This document shows positions 52,223 to 64,000 of a stretch of DNA of 64,000 nucleotides, in pieces. How positions within the stretch are numbered: the first letter of the stretch is position 1; each line of letters opens with the position of its first letter. The notes beneath the pieces are model-generated. The model was not told where the DNA came from. It made no database searches and saw only the letters and a program-made list of their open reading frames with translations. The translations under genes and the position numbers were made by a program. Origin of the DNA: the human T2T-CHM13v2.0 reference genome, Homo sapiens; the NCBI RefSeq assembly GCF_009914755.1, contig NC_060927.1, one strand, 5' to 3'.

Positions 52223-53074
52223 CCCAAACTTAGCTTGGAAACCACCACTGAGGGAGGCCCAGACTCAAAAAGGAGTTCAGGCTGATGGTTCACTGTGGCA
52301 TCCTGTTTGCTGCAGGCAAGTATCTTTCCCAAGGGTTATTTCTGTCCCTGGCCTTAGCTTGTTTTTCCCAGTGCCGTTTCTTGGCTCTTAACATTTCTTC
52401 CATAGTTTATTAAAAACTGAGAGAAATCACCTAATAAATCTTTGTAACAATTTTTTTCCTTCAAACCTCTTCAACAATTGCCAAAGTTATAAAGCTGTAT
52501 CTTTCCCACAGCAAGAGGCTAACAACATAGCTGGTGTGTTCATATAAACGTATAGATCAAGAAAACAAAATCTTTAATTATTCAGAACCTCCCACTCCTG
52601 GTACTAAATTTGCTTGCTTTGATTTGATTTAAAGAAGCAAAACAAACCTGAACAATACCAGTGAGCAAGCTACAACTGCAACCACCTTTGCATGAATGCA
52701 GGGCTGCCTCCCTTTGCATGGTAAAGACATGCATGAATAAACTGTCTTTCCTTGTTCATTGGAATATTATTGGAAGCACACCTAGCATTTAACTTTTAAA
52801 GCCCCTCACACACACAAAACCCTGCTCCCAATCCTGCTTTGATTTCTTTAAGTTATTGAATCACAGAATTTTGGAGTTTGAGAGGAATTCAGGCATCCTC
52901 TTTATTTTGAAATAACTCTTTATTTTCATGGGCTCACCAGATTCTAAGGATATTAAAAGTTATCTAGTCTGACTCAATTCTTCCCACCAAATGTCATAAT
53001 TCACATACAAATCACTTTGTACCACAATAGTATTTTATATATACCTCCATTAGTACTTTGCTTATTTATGCAAT

Positions 53075-53644
53075 TATTTTTTAATAAAAAGTTTAAACTT
53101 TGATGTATTTTTTGAAAAATGAATATGTTCACATAATTGGCAATGAGAAAGGTAAAAAGAGTATATCCTATAGCCAGCTAAGTCCCCACCCAAGATGGAA
53201 TTAATGTTAACAATTCCTTAAGTATTCATTCTGAGACATTGTATGTTCAAAATATATTACTTTCTTCTCTCTTTTTTACACAAATGTTTTTATGCTGGTC
53301 TGTACCTGCACTTTAATATATGTTGGATGTTTTTCTTCATCGAACTTCATTATTTTAGACCATTCATGGTATACCATTGTATGGATGTACCACATTTGGG
53401 GATATTTTGGGTGCTTCCAATCTTTTTCATTACATACAGTTCTACAATGAATAATCTTATACTTTTGACATTTGGCACCATTGTTTCCTTGGGATAAATT
53501 TCCTGAAGTGGAATTTCTGGGTCAAGAGGTAAGTGCATTTGCAATTTTTATTAATATTGCCAAATTTCCTACACTAGTTTCTACTCTCAGCAACAGCATC
53601 AACACAGTACTGTTTTCCCTACAGCTTCACCAACAGTATGTTAT
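53075..53644 (-). mobile_element. L1ME fragment
   Basis: CCATTGTATGGATGTACCACATTT; GGATAAATTTCCTGAAGTGGAATTTCTGGGTCAAGAGG. Confidence 0.8.
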
Positions 53645-54026
53645 TGATATGGTTGGGTTCCGTGTCCCCACCCAAATCTCATGTCAAATTGTAATCCACA
53701 CATGTTGAAGGAAGAGCCTGGTGGGAGGTGATTGAATTATGGGGACGAACATCCCCTTTGCTGTTCTCTTGCTAGAGTTCTCATGAGATCTGGTCATTTG
53801 AAAGTGTGTAGCTCTTCTCTCCTTCACTCTCTCTCCTGCTCCATCATGGTAAGACATGCTTGCTTCTCCCTTCACCTTCCACCATGAATGTAAGTTTCCT
53901 GAGGCCTCCCAGCCATGCTTCCTCTACAGCCTGGCTGTGGAACTGTGAGTCAATTAAACCTCTTTTCTTCATAAATTACCCAGTTTCAAGTAGTTCTTTA
54001 AAGCAGTGTAAGAATGGACTAATACA
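53645..54026 (+). mobile_element. Complete MaLR solo LTR (MSTA/THE1D-like)
   Basis: TGATATGGTT...GTGTCCCCACCCAAATCTCATGTC...GAATGGACTAATACA; perfect 5-bp TSD GTTAT/GTTAT. Confidence 0.95.
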
Positions 54027-54069
54027 GTTATCAAACTTTTTGACTTTTGCTGTAATTATTTACTTGCTC

Positions 54070-54190
54070 TCCCTGGCCCTACTCCCTCATTAGAATGTGA
54101 GCTTTTCAGAGTTTTTCAGAACCTAGCATGATATCTGATACATTATATATTTTCAATAAATATTTTATAAATACATGAATTAATGAATGT
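54070..54190 (+). mobile_element. L2 3' terminus
   Basis: TTAGAATGTGAGC...AACCTAGCATGA...TCAATAAATATTT...ATGAATTAATGAATG. Confidence 0.7.
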
Positions 54191-54494
54191 TAGGGTTTTT
54201 AAAATCAAAATTAGAAACCATGGCCCTCATTTTTCCATTATGTGAGTTTGGGTATGCTACATTTTATTTTATTTAAGTGTGATCCACTTGAACACATACT
54301 CTGAAAGGTTTACACATTCTTGGAGAAAGAAAATTTATTCCATCTCTCTTGCTCTACTGCCTATTGTTATTGGAGAGTCAGGACATTTAAATGTTCTCTT
54401 TCATGAGTATCTTATTTCAAATATCTGGTGATGACTCCCTTCTTAGAGCAGAAAATAAAATCACATACATGTATCCAGCAAACCCCAATCCACA

Positions 54495-54585
54495 TCTCTC
54501 TTTTTCTTCTTCTCCTTCTCCTTCCTTCTTCGTTTCTCCTTCTTTCTCTCCTCCTCCTCTTTTTCCTTCTTCTCTTCCTCCTTAC
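54495..54585. repeat. CT-rich (CTT/CCT) low-complexity repeat
   Basis: Directly visible. Confidence 0.9.
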
Positions 54586-54739
54586 ACACACACAGCTAAG
54601 GCAATCTCACCCCATTATCCAGCACTTGAAAACCAGCTTCCTCTGCTAATATGCCCTGGCCTGAGGGCTGAATGCCTGTTTCCAGAGGCAGCAGGACCAC
54701 AGTATGCTCCACCCAGGTGCTCCATCTATAGATTGACTT

Positions 54740-55175
54740 TTTCACAGGCTAGGTTTTCCAGGAACCAGACTCTTGGAGGCTCAATGAGCTTAAAGGACAT
54801 TTACCAGGGTATGTGCTTGGGATCATTGCCTGTAGAAGGAAAGGGAGGGAAACAAAAGTGGGCAGAGGGAGAGGCTGGGCTGCAGTGCAGTCTCAAGGAA
54901 AGCCTCATACACCTCTGTGGAGAGTTCTGGATCTGGGATGGCCTTTCAGAGCTGTCCCAAGTAGGGACAAAGGAGCCAGGCTTTTAGACCCCCTGTTGAT
55001 CCGTTATCAGGCATGTGCAGACCCTGAAAAGGGGAATACTCTTGGATGAGGCAGCCCTCATCAGCCAAGGCAATTCCTGGAAGAAACTGACAGCTGGAGG
55101 CCATCTGCCAACAGCACTCCTGCAGCTGAGGGAAAGCACCTGATGGGGGATCCTGGTCATCTGTTGGGTTTTCCC
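54740..55175 (-). mobile_element. LTR16-type ERVL solo LTR
   Basis: CCAGGAACCAGACTCT...GCTTGGGATCA...TGGGCAGAGGGAGAGGCTGGGCTGCAGTGCAG...CTTGGATGAGGCAGC. Confidence 0.8.
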
Positions 55176-55456
55176 TGAAATGAGAGGCAAGTTTTCTTCC
55201 CAGGACTTGCCAGAGGCTACCCATCAGCTTTCCTATTTTCCACTAATGGCAGACCATGGCAGTAGTTTGAAATGTTAACCCTACAGTGAAAAGTGCTGCA
55301 TGCCCTCCTCACACATCCTCTAGGCACCAGGGAGACCTCTGTCTCTGCTTGCATTGCACAACTGGACAGCAAAGTGATTAGCCATTGAAAGCAGTCGGTA
55401 AACTGTAGGATATCAAGTCTGGGTTCAGGCCCCAATCTGCAGCTGCTGCTTTAAGG

Positions 55457-55498
55457 GGGAACCATGCCAAAGCAAAGAGGGAACCATGCCAAAGCAAA
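55457..55498. repeat. 20-bp direct repeat (period 22)
   Basis: GGGAACCATGCCAAAGCAAA x2. Confidence 0.95.
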
Positions 55499-56077
55499 TA
55501 AATAAAAAAATAATATGGCTATGTGGCAATTGACCCACATAGACAAGATCTCTCCCTAACACAGGGTTCTAAGAGTGGGAATGAGTGTCCCACTGCCCTC
55601 TGAAAGCTGGCCATTCCTACAACAAAACTTCCCATACAATCAGGCTACCAGCCTTGATTCTGGGCTAGATGTGATGTCTGAGCATGAAAGAACTCTACCA
55701 TAGAGGTGTGGAGGGAAAAATGACTGAGAGAGTGCAGCCCCAATCAACTTGAACTTGAAACTAGTAGATCTTGCCACAGGTGGCTTTCAAAATTGTTTTG
55801 TTTTGCTTTTGTTGTTGTAACCAAAATGTGAATTAGATATTTAAAATCTAGATAAGTTTTGCTTAAAACCCCAGAGTTTTAAGTGTTTAAAAGCACAGTT
55901 AACTCTATCCTCCTCTTATAGATTATCTCACAGTTCTTGACCACATTGACCTAGGCTTGTAACTTACCCTCTTCCTCAATGTCCGTAATTTTAAAATCTC
56001 ACCCAAGGCACTGTGGCTTCTTATAAACATGACTGAAGATCTGGGAGGAAGATGAAGGAATAAATCATATTGCAGAT

Positions 56078-56161
56078 ACCCAAACGATTTGAGTTGAACT
56101 CTGTGTATGTTTTCTAGGGACCCAAACGATTTGAGTTGAACCCTGTGTATGTTTTCTAGGG
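56078..56161. repeat. 42-bp tandem duplication spanning an LTR boundary
   Basis: ACCCAAACGATTTGAGTTGAAC(T/C)CTGTGTATGTTTTCTAGGG x2. Confidence 0.97.
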
Positions 56162-56838
56162 CTGTCGTAACAAAATACCACAAGCTGGTTGGCTTAAACA
56201 ACAGACATTTATTTTCTCATCCTTCTGGAGGCCAGAAGTCCAAGGTCAAGGTGCTGGCTGGGTTGGTTTCTTCTGAGGCCTCTCTCCTTTATTTATTTAT
56301 TTTTTTTAAGAGTTGAGGTATCACTTTGTCATTTAGGCGGGAGTGCAGTTGCGCGATCACAGCTCACTGTAACCTCAAACTCCTGGGCTAAAGGGATCCT
56401 CCTGCCTGAGCCTCCTGAGTAGCTAGGACTACAGGCATGCACAGTCATCCTTGGCTAATTTTTTTATATTTATTTTTGTAGAAACAGGGTCTCACTATGC
56501 TGCCCAAGCTAGTCTCAAACTCCTGGCCCCAAGCAATCTTTCCACTCTGGCCTCCCAAAGCACTAGGATTACAGGCATGAACCACTGCACTCAGCCTGGC
56601 CTCTCTCCTTCACCTTCTCCCTGTGTCTTCACATGGTCTTCCCTCTCTGTTTGTGTCTGTGTCCTAATCTCCTCTTCTTTTAAGGACACCAGCCACATTG
56701 GATTAGGGCCCACAACAACCACATTTTAACTTAATTACCATTTTAAAGGCCCTATCTCCAAATATGATTGCATTCGGAGGTGCTAGAGCTTAGGGCTTCA
56801 ACATATGAATTTGCAGGGAGACAATTCAGCTCATAACA
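56144..56838 (-). mobile_element. MaLR solo LTR (MLT1A/B) split by AluJ
   Basis: TAGGGCTGTCGTAACAAAATACCACAA...GACAATTCAGCTCATAACA; 5-bp TSD AACCC/AACCC. Confidence 0.92.
56290..56601 (-). mobile_element. AluJ
   Basis: GATCACAGCTCACTGTAACCTCAAACTCCTGGGCT; GGGTCTCACTATGCTGCCCAAG; TSD TCTCTCCTT (56281, 56602). Confidence 0.95.
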
Positions 56839-56942
56839 AACCCTCAGCCTGTCCATTGTTAAGTGTCCTCCAGTATCTTCCCCACCAGGAGGTAGCTGCA
56901 TCCCCACACACTTCTCCAGCCTAACCACACCTCTCTCTACTC

Positions 56943-57280
56943 CAGGTTGGCAAACTCTGTCTGTAAAGGGCTAGACAGTAAATATTTTAAGCTTTGCAGA
57001 CCATATGCGCTCTGTCCCAACTACTCAACTCTTCTATGGCAGCATGAAAGCAGCCAGAGATAATATGTAAATGGGCAATGCAGCTATGTTCCAGCAAAAC
57101 TGTATTTATGGACACTGAAATTTGAATTTTGCATAATTTTTTATATCATGAAATATTATTACTATTTGTATTTTTTCAACCATTTAACAATGTAAAAACC
57201 ATTCTTTGCTCATGGCCCCATTGAAACAGATGATGAACCAGATTTCTTTTGGCCAGTGGGCTATGATTGGATGGCCCCTG
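56943..57280. mobile_element. MER58B (hAT-Charlie)
   Basis: GGTTGGCAAACT...CTGTAAAGGGCTAGACAGTAAATATTTT; TATGGACACTGAAATTTGAATTT; ends CCCCTG. Confidence 0.9.
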
Positions 57281-57549
57281 CCCTTTCCTCTTCTCTGTCA
57301 CACTGCTCTCCTTTGACATCTCCCGCATTACCATACTCTCAGAACTTACCCTGTTCCCCACCAGGCTCACCATAGTAATTTCCAGCACAAAGACAGTTTC
57401 CTTCCTACTAGAAATTCTGCTGCCAGCCGTTAGATAATAAATTATTTAGGGCGATATCCCTTCTTGATTAAAAAGTCTTTTTCTTACTGTTGCAGAGTAA
57501 ACAAGACTCACATTTCACAATTAAATAACTCATTTCATGTGCTCTTAGA

Positions 57550-57800
57550 GAGACTTTTCTCAAGCATTTTCTGGGTGCCAAGTACCATGCTAAGCAGACC
57601 TGAAGAACCATTCAATTTGCACAGGAACCCCATGAGATAAATATTATTATTAACTCCATTTCGCAGACAAAAAAAAGACTCAGGTTCAATTAAGCTGAGT
57701 AAATATCTCAACATTGCACAGCTAGTAAGTGATGGAGGCAGATATAAAACCAGGTCTCCCAATCCAGACTCTTAACTGATAATGCTATATAATTTCCAAA
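57550..57800 (-). mobile_element. MIR
   Basis: GGGTGCCAAGTACCATGCTAAGCA...CTCCATTTCGCAGAC...CACAGCTAGTAAGTGATGGAG. Confidence 0.85.
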
Positions 57801-57862
57801 AGTTCATTTCCCCTCTGGGGACTATGAATCATGATATTGGGTTGTCACAGCAGTAAGAATCT

Positions 57863-58335
57863 TGTGGCAGAGACAGCAAAGTGCCCCTTCATTATCCAAG
57901 CTCCCCTTCTTTCTTACTAAAAGAATCCCACTCCTCTTTTGGGATGACAATATGCCCAGCCAGAAGGGCACATTTCCCAGCCTTCCTTGACCAATGAGAT
58001 GGAAGCAGAAGTCATTGGAAGGTGTCTTCTGATAAGTTCTTTAAAAGGGAATAAGTTAGTAAGCACCCTCTCCCATTCTTCCAGCCTGAGATACAAACAT
58101 GATGGCTGGTGTCTCAGCTACTATCTTGAGCTCTTGTGGAAAAAGGATGACACCTAAGAATGGACAGGATGGATTTCCAGAAGCCTGAGCCTGTGATCAT
58201 GGAGCTTCCACATCAGCCCTCAACTACTTACCTTAGGATTTCTCTCCACGTGAAAAAATAAAACCTTTAATAATTGTTTAAGCCACTACACGTCAGGCCT
58301 CTGTTATTCATGGCCAAAAACAATTCCTGTCTTAT
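57863..58335 (+). mobile_element. MaLR solo LTR (MLT1J-like)
   Basis: TGTGGCAGAGACAGC; CATTTCCCAGCCTTCCTTG; ATGATGGCTGG; TTGTTTAAGCCACT. Confidence 0.8.
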
Positions 58336-58544
58336 CTTAGCCTTCTGTGACACTCACACTCACACTACACTTGGAGGACTCACTCTTGGGTATCATTCCC
58401 AACTGGTCTTCTTAAGAAGCGTTTGTGAACCATGTCAGCTGGCATTGCCCTGAGCTACACCCTGATACGAGACATGAGATGGACTCCTCATCCCTGGCTG
58501 TTACCCTGGGATGGTCAAGCCTGTGGCTACTGGTGCCTGACCAG

Positions 58545-59352
58545 GACTGAGAATTTCTTATTCTAAACTATTTTTACTTACAATCCCTCAGGCACCAAAT
58601 GTGTGGCTTTTTCCCCTCACACCAACCAATTCTCCAACACCAACAGGGTATCTTGAAATTCAGTTCAATTCTGACACTAACTACGCAGAGTTAGCAAAGA
58701 CCCCAGAGGGTAAGGCCTCAGTCCTGCAAGGCTGCCCCCACTTTAGACACCAATAGGAAGTTCCAGGCCTCCCATATTTCTGCTGAAAGGCTGTAAATAG
58801 GAGATTCCCAAGGCCCCCCTCCTTAGGTTTGATAACTCATTAAAATGGCTCCTACAACTCAGGAAGGCACTTTACCATTACCGGTTTTTTTTTTTTTTTT
58901 TATAAAGGATGCAACTCAGGGACAGCCAAATTGAAGAGCTGTATAGGGTAAGGTATAAGCAAAAGGACACAGAGCTTCCATGCCCTCTCCAGACACGTCA
59001 CTCTCCCCAGCACCTCAATGTGTTCACCAACCTGGAAGCTCTCTGAACCCCATCAGTTAGGGTTTTTATGGAGTTCCATTACATAGGCCTGATTGACTAA
59101 TTCACTGACTGCTGGTGATTAACTCAATCTCCAGCCCCTCTCCCCTCCCTGGAGGTTAGGGGTTGGGGGTGATAGTTTCAACCCTCTAATCATGGCAACC
59201 AGCCTCCATCCTGAAACAGCCTAGGGCCCCAACAAGAGTGACCTCATTAGGACAAAAGATTGTCTTATCACCTAGGAAATTCCAAGGGATTTAGGAGCTG
59301 TGTGATGGAAACTGAGGACAAAGAACAAATATATATTTATCACAATTACCCA
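58545..59352 (-). mobile_element. MER21-family LTR
   Basis: CACCAAATGTGTGG...CACACCAACCAATTCTCCAACACC...TTCAATTCTGACACTAACTAC; GGAAATTCCAAGGGATTTAGGAGCT; orientation from memory. Confidence 0.85.
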
Positions 59353-59479
59353 ATGACTACCTGGACACTGGCTCCAGAATCCTGGCTTGTAATGGCTCCT
59401 CATCCTCTCGTGGCCTCCCTAAACAGTGAATCTGGGGTCAAGATAACCTAATACAGTCAGCAGCTGTTATTACTCCCTT

Positions 59480-59700
59480 GTTTGTACAGTTATTTACAGT
59501 TTACAAAACACATTCATGACTAATATTGCTTTTAATTGTTAACAACAATTTTGACCACTGAACAGGGATGGTAGTGGTTTGTATCCCCATTTCAGAGATA
59601 AGGAAACTATACCTTGGGGAAACTAAGGCATTTGCCCAAGGCCAGAGACAGGAGGCACACTCAGCCACTTGACCTCATTCTTGCCAATAGGCCAGTGTTT
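59480..59700 (-). mobile_element. MIR
   Basis: ATCCCCATTTCAGAGATAAGGAAACT...TTGCCCAAGGCCA. Confidence 0.75.
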
Positions 59701-60237
59701 CAAAAAACTTCTTAGATTCTATTGAGAAAAGCCTGAGACAGGGTTCAGTTCTTTGTTGCAAATTTGGCCACTAACCGCCTGTCTCCATCCGACATATGAA
59801 CTACTCATCATCATCAAAAGGCTGATTTAGCCACCTGAAACAAGTGCATGGCTACATGTTGTTAAAAATCAGTTAAATCAACACCATCTGTGTCCATTGC
59901 ACATTTACTCTCTTCCATAGGCAATGTTGACATGAACAAGCACTGAGCCTCCAGTAAACATCCAACAGATGAATCGCTTGTGAGAACAATGGCAGTCGTT
60001 TCACTGCTGCTGTGAGTTTGGCAGAAGACAGTGACAAGTGAGGCTGAGAGGATGCTGGCACACAAAGAAGAGAAGACATGAAAAGAAATTGGCACTTCCC
60101 AATTAGGAGAGGCTTCTTGGGGAAGAGAGAGTGTCAGATGCTGTTTAATTCAGGCATGAAACAAGTTGAGAAAGATAAGTGGCAGTTCAGACATAGGTAG
60201 AAATGGGAAAATAGTAAGAGCTAACGATATATTTGCA

Positions 60238-61250
60238 CTGTACTAGACAGGGTTCTTAAGTGTGGGAAAAAGAAATTGGCTCTGACTGATGTAAGCACAA
60301 AGGGAATTTGTTGAAAAGATACTGAGTAACTTTCATAATTGTTAACAATTCTGGAGGTCCAGGCTCTGAAAATGGACAGAAAGAAAGAGATGGGAGGCAG
60401 CCACAACTACTGAAAATCCTGCCACACAACTAGTCTAGCACTGGACACAGTGTATGAGTTAGCTACTTCTACAATAATGCTGTTTAGCAAACAGTGTGAC
60501 ATGCAATAAGTGTGGCTCATGGGCTTGGGGTCCCTTAGAGGCTGGTGAGCAGCTCTGACCTCTTACCTGGGCCACTCAGGAGGCTCCAGGTTGGTGAGCA
60601 ATTGGATTTTCTAGGCTGGCATCACGTGGGGCAACTGGGACAATTTAGCTCTGCTCCACACGTCTCATTCTCCAACAGTTCTATTCTCATGGTGATGGCA
60701 AAGCAATCACAAAAGTGCCCAAAAATACCTCTTGAGGCCTAGGCTCAGAACTGGTGTCACCATCACTTTACAAGTCAAGGCAAATCACAAGAACAGCCTA
60801 GGTTTAAGGAGTGGGGAAATGGATGCTCTTTGGTGAGAGGTCCTATAAAACCACTCAACAAAAGGCCTGATACAGGGGGTAACAAATTGAGGCCATTGAT
60901 GCAATCAATCCATCACACACAGGAAGCCACCGCTAGCACCACTGCCCCTTCTGCCCTGAAACTACACCTCAACTCATCACTGCCGATATCAACCTATGTG
61001 GGTTCTCCATGCTTCTTTGTATCCCAGCTCCAGATCCAGGGTTCCAGGCAAGTATATCAGAGTAGTTGGGTGCACATCGTGTGATTGCATCCTTTAGGCA
61101 CAGAGGCACCAAGAAAGCAAGTATGTCAGCTTGTTTTACTTTCTTAATAGGAGATAGGCTCTATCTCGCATCAAGACCCATGAAGTAGTGAATACCTCAA
61201 ACATAGAAATGGAGTTCAGATGCTAAATAGCCAAAACTCTGACAGTTCTT
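60238..61250 (-). mobile_element. Old MLT1 (J/K/L-like) LTR with a second MLT1 LTR (~60450-60920) nested in it
   Basis: TGTACTAGACAGGGTTCTT...AAGGGAATTTGTTGAAAAGATACTG; inner CTTGAGGCCTAGGCTCAGAACTGG...CAAATCACAAG; boundaries approximate. Confidence 0.6.
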
Positions 61251-61269
61251 CCTCTAAACCACCTACGTC

Positions 61270-61775
61270 TGTTATGGTATATTGCAGACTGTCCTCAATC
61301 TTCATCCCTCCTTCATATCCATACCTTTTGCCATATAGCTTTGCCATGACCTCCCTCCATGAGCAGGGTGGTCTGCCTCACTCTTTGACACTGCACTCAA
61401 ATCAGCCATTTGCTCATGTTGGCCTATGGGATGTCAGCAGAAGTTTCATAAGCAGAAGCTTACAATGAACTTGCACATTAGAACTTGTTCTGCATCTCTG
61501 CCACCATGATGGGACCATTCCCAGGCTAGCCTGAGAGAATGAGAGACACATAGACCAGAGCCAAGGTACCCAGATTAACTCTCCTAGATCAGCCAGCTGA
61601 CCACTAGACAAGCTACAGACATGTGAACAAGTCCATTGCAGACTAATGGAACCACCTAGCCAAACTTCAGTGGACTCAAACCCATGAGCAATAAATACTT
61701 ATTGTTAAATGTCCTTGAGGTTTTGTAGTTGTTCATTATTACATAGCATTATTGTGACAATGAGTAATGGATACA
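61270..61775 (+). mobile_element. MaLR solo LTR (MLT1F/G-like)
   Basis: TGTTATGGTATATTGC; CTCTGCCACCATGA...CCCAGGCTAGCCTG; ACATAGCATTATTGTGACAATGAGTAATGGATACA. Confidence 0.85.
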
Positions 61776-64000
61776 GTCAGCCAGCAGTTTGCATATACAT
61801 AAGTGCATTTCATTCTCAACCTGAAAGTTAGATATTAGAATCTTCATTGACACAGAGAGAATAGGTAAACTGCCTTAAGTTTGGGCAAGATTTCACAGTG
61901 GTCTGTGTACAACAAAGCTGTGCTCCAGATAATTCTGCCCTGGAGCGTGGTTAGAAAGGAGTTCACAACACTGACCTGAGCCTCTGGGATAAAGCATTTC
62001 TTCCCTGGGCCAAAAGTGACTCTGAAATAAACCAGAAAGACTTGGACAATAACCAAGAAACTATTCCAAGGCTAATCCTACTACAGTGAATCCTTGGAAC
62101 AGTGCAAGGTCATTCCCTGTCCTGGAAAGTTCTTGAGATAAGAGAACTGCCAACAAGGACCTAGAAATCCTTCAATTGCTTGTGGTTTCTCATTGTAACT
62201 GGCTTAGCTGTGATAGGATTTGGTCTGTCTCCTGCTCTTAAAGGGCTAAGAATGTTTAATGAATACAGATAACTCCATAGGACCTAAGCTAGTACCATAG
62301 ATGCAGTGGGTTGTAACAACTATCAGAATGCCTGGCACACTGCAGGTGTTCACTAGACACTGGGCCCCTCCCTCGTCCACTCATACTGCATATTTAAGAA
62401 ATCATAACACCAAGCCATTTTATTTCTGCAAATCACAGCTCTTAGAACCTGACATACCCAAAGTTATGTGTTGGTTCAACACACTGCACTTGATGCCAAG
62501 AACACAGAGACCTAGAGCCGAGCTTGAGAACCTTAGAAGTTCAGAATCTAGTGGCAAACACAAGTTCTCAGAGCCAGATTTAATTACTAACCTAAGATAA
62601 TGTCACCATAGTGCCAGCTGAGCTATCACAATACCACATTTGGGGAAAATAAATTTATGTTATGTTAAAAGGTGATTTTATTCAGTTAATCTCTATCAAA
62701 AGATATAATCATTGATTTTAAATTTTTATAAAGAAAAAGATACCATTTTAATTTCCTGCAGTGTCAAAATATTGTTAATTTTCCATTTTTAGTGCACAAA
62801 AGTTGGAATCTATATTAGCTTTGACACATATCTACATTTGCCTAAGCTCACAAAGCCATAAAAATGCCATTTTACAGTTGAAAATATAAACTTTATAATA
62901 AAATAAAAGCTAAATTTATTCATTTATTTAAACTCTGTTAATGACATCACAAATTATTATTTTAGCACTTTTGAATAAATAGCATTAAAAGTAAAGGGTC
63001 TTTTTCCAGGCAACTCCTGTCTGCAATGCCACATTTTGAGGAAAATTGGCAGAAAGTTCAAGGAAAATATAACAAGGCAAAATCTAGAGAAAGAGTTGCT
63101 ATAATAACAAAGTTGAATTGCCAAGAAGTCTTTAACTTTATTGCATGCATGCACCAACCAGCATTTAACAGTAAGACCCAGTTGTATGATCCCTATCATC
63201 TCATTCCAGGGGTAATTCTGAAACCATTTGAAGAGTCATCCAACTTTATTGTTGCTTTCAAAGTCATTTCTTTGAAGTTTTGTCTGTCCAGGCATGAGTT
63301 CCCAATACAAACCTTACCTTAGATGATCCAGGTAGTAGCATCACAGGATGAAGTCTTCATCAAAATGGCCAGCTGCTGTGCAGCAGGAAGTGGGGTTCTG
63401 AGGAAATGAGACAGGAAAAGCTAAGTTTGGATGAAGGCAAAGTTCTGAGGAAAGACTGAACCCAGGCACAGCTGAGCAGGCAAGGCAGGTGATCAGCTGG
63501 TGACATGCCCTCAGGTAGCAGGAGGATTCTGAGTGTCTCTGGGGCAGGGCTGGGGGAGGGGATGAGAAGGAGACCATGTCTACTCAGTCAATGACTTCAG
63601 TGAATGACCCATTTTACTACAGGGCAATAACATCTTTGACTACAGTTATTCCATCCAAAGTTAAAATTGCAAAGTCAAAATTACCCTTGAAAATCCATCA
63701 AATTGCCCATAAAGTACATGCATTTTTCTCTCTTGAATCTTGTAGCTAGATTTGTTACAGCCATATTTACTTGCTCCATATTGGAAACCAAAATATTGGT
63801 ACCCTTCACTGAGCCCATCACAGGCAGGTTTTCCTCCAGTGTTGGATTCCCTATTTTTTTGAATAAGTACCACATGAAGTAGCTGGCTTGTGTTAGAGGC
63901 CATGTTGTAAGAAATAATACACATATTTAAACACCAACAACATACTTAATGTAGCAAGAGGTGTATATTATAAGAGGCATATGGGACTCAGGCCAAGTAG

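Noticed and set aside
54391-54987. Longest ORF in the window (198 aa)
   Set aside because: Runs through a CT-rich repeat and an LTR16 relic; no recognisable domain
56880-56900. CTCF-like CCACCAGGAGGTAG
   Set aside because: Two mismatches at informative core positions; unsupported without ChIP data
63620-63875. Minus-strand protein-like reading, including TLDGITVVKDVI, faintly like chaperonin TKDGVTVAK
   Set aside because: No flanking similarity to HSP60 and it needs a frameshift; judged chance

Overview
Primate, most likely human, non-coding genomic DNA: CpG-depleted, with AluJ/S/Y, MIR, L2, old L1, MaLR/ERVL/ERV1 solo LTRs and hAT-Charlie MITEs. I find no intact protein-coding gene, and the ORF track is essentially spurious. 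The only gene-derived sequence is a degraded, intronless H3.3 (H3F3A-type) processed pseudogene at ~23391-24491. It carries a 5'-truncated AluY inserted at its stop codon and is followed by a ~320-bp purine tract. Two structures are not explained by ordinary repeats. (1) A ~164-bp unique segment (48455-48617) has an inverted, ~94%-identical copy inside an old L1 about 1.6 kb downstream (50227-50390), with a 13-bp flanking duplication and junction filler; this looks like a fossil templated-insertion repair event. (2) A ~102-nt near-perfect fold-back lies at 20347-20448. Also present are a minisatellite forming inside an AluJ, a four-layer nested insertion stack, many short local tandem duplications and weak hints of a minus-strand spliced non-coding transcript. 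Repeat subfamily names come from remembered consensus sequences, and most repeat boundaries are approximate (+/-10-30 bp unless TSDs are given). I found no novel multi-gene system.
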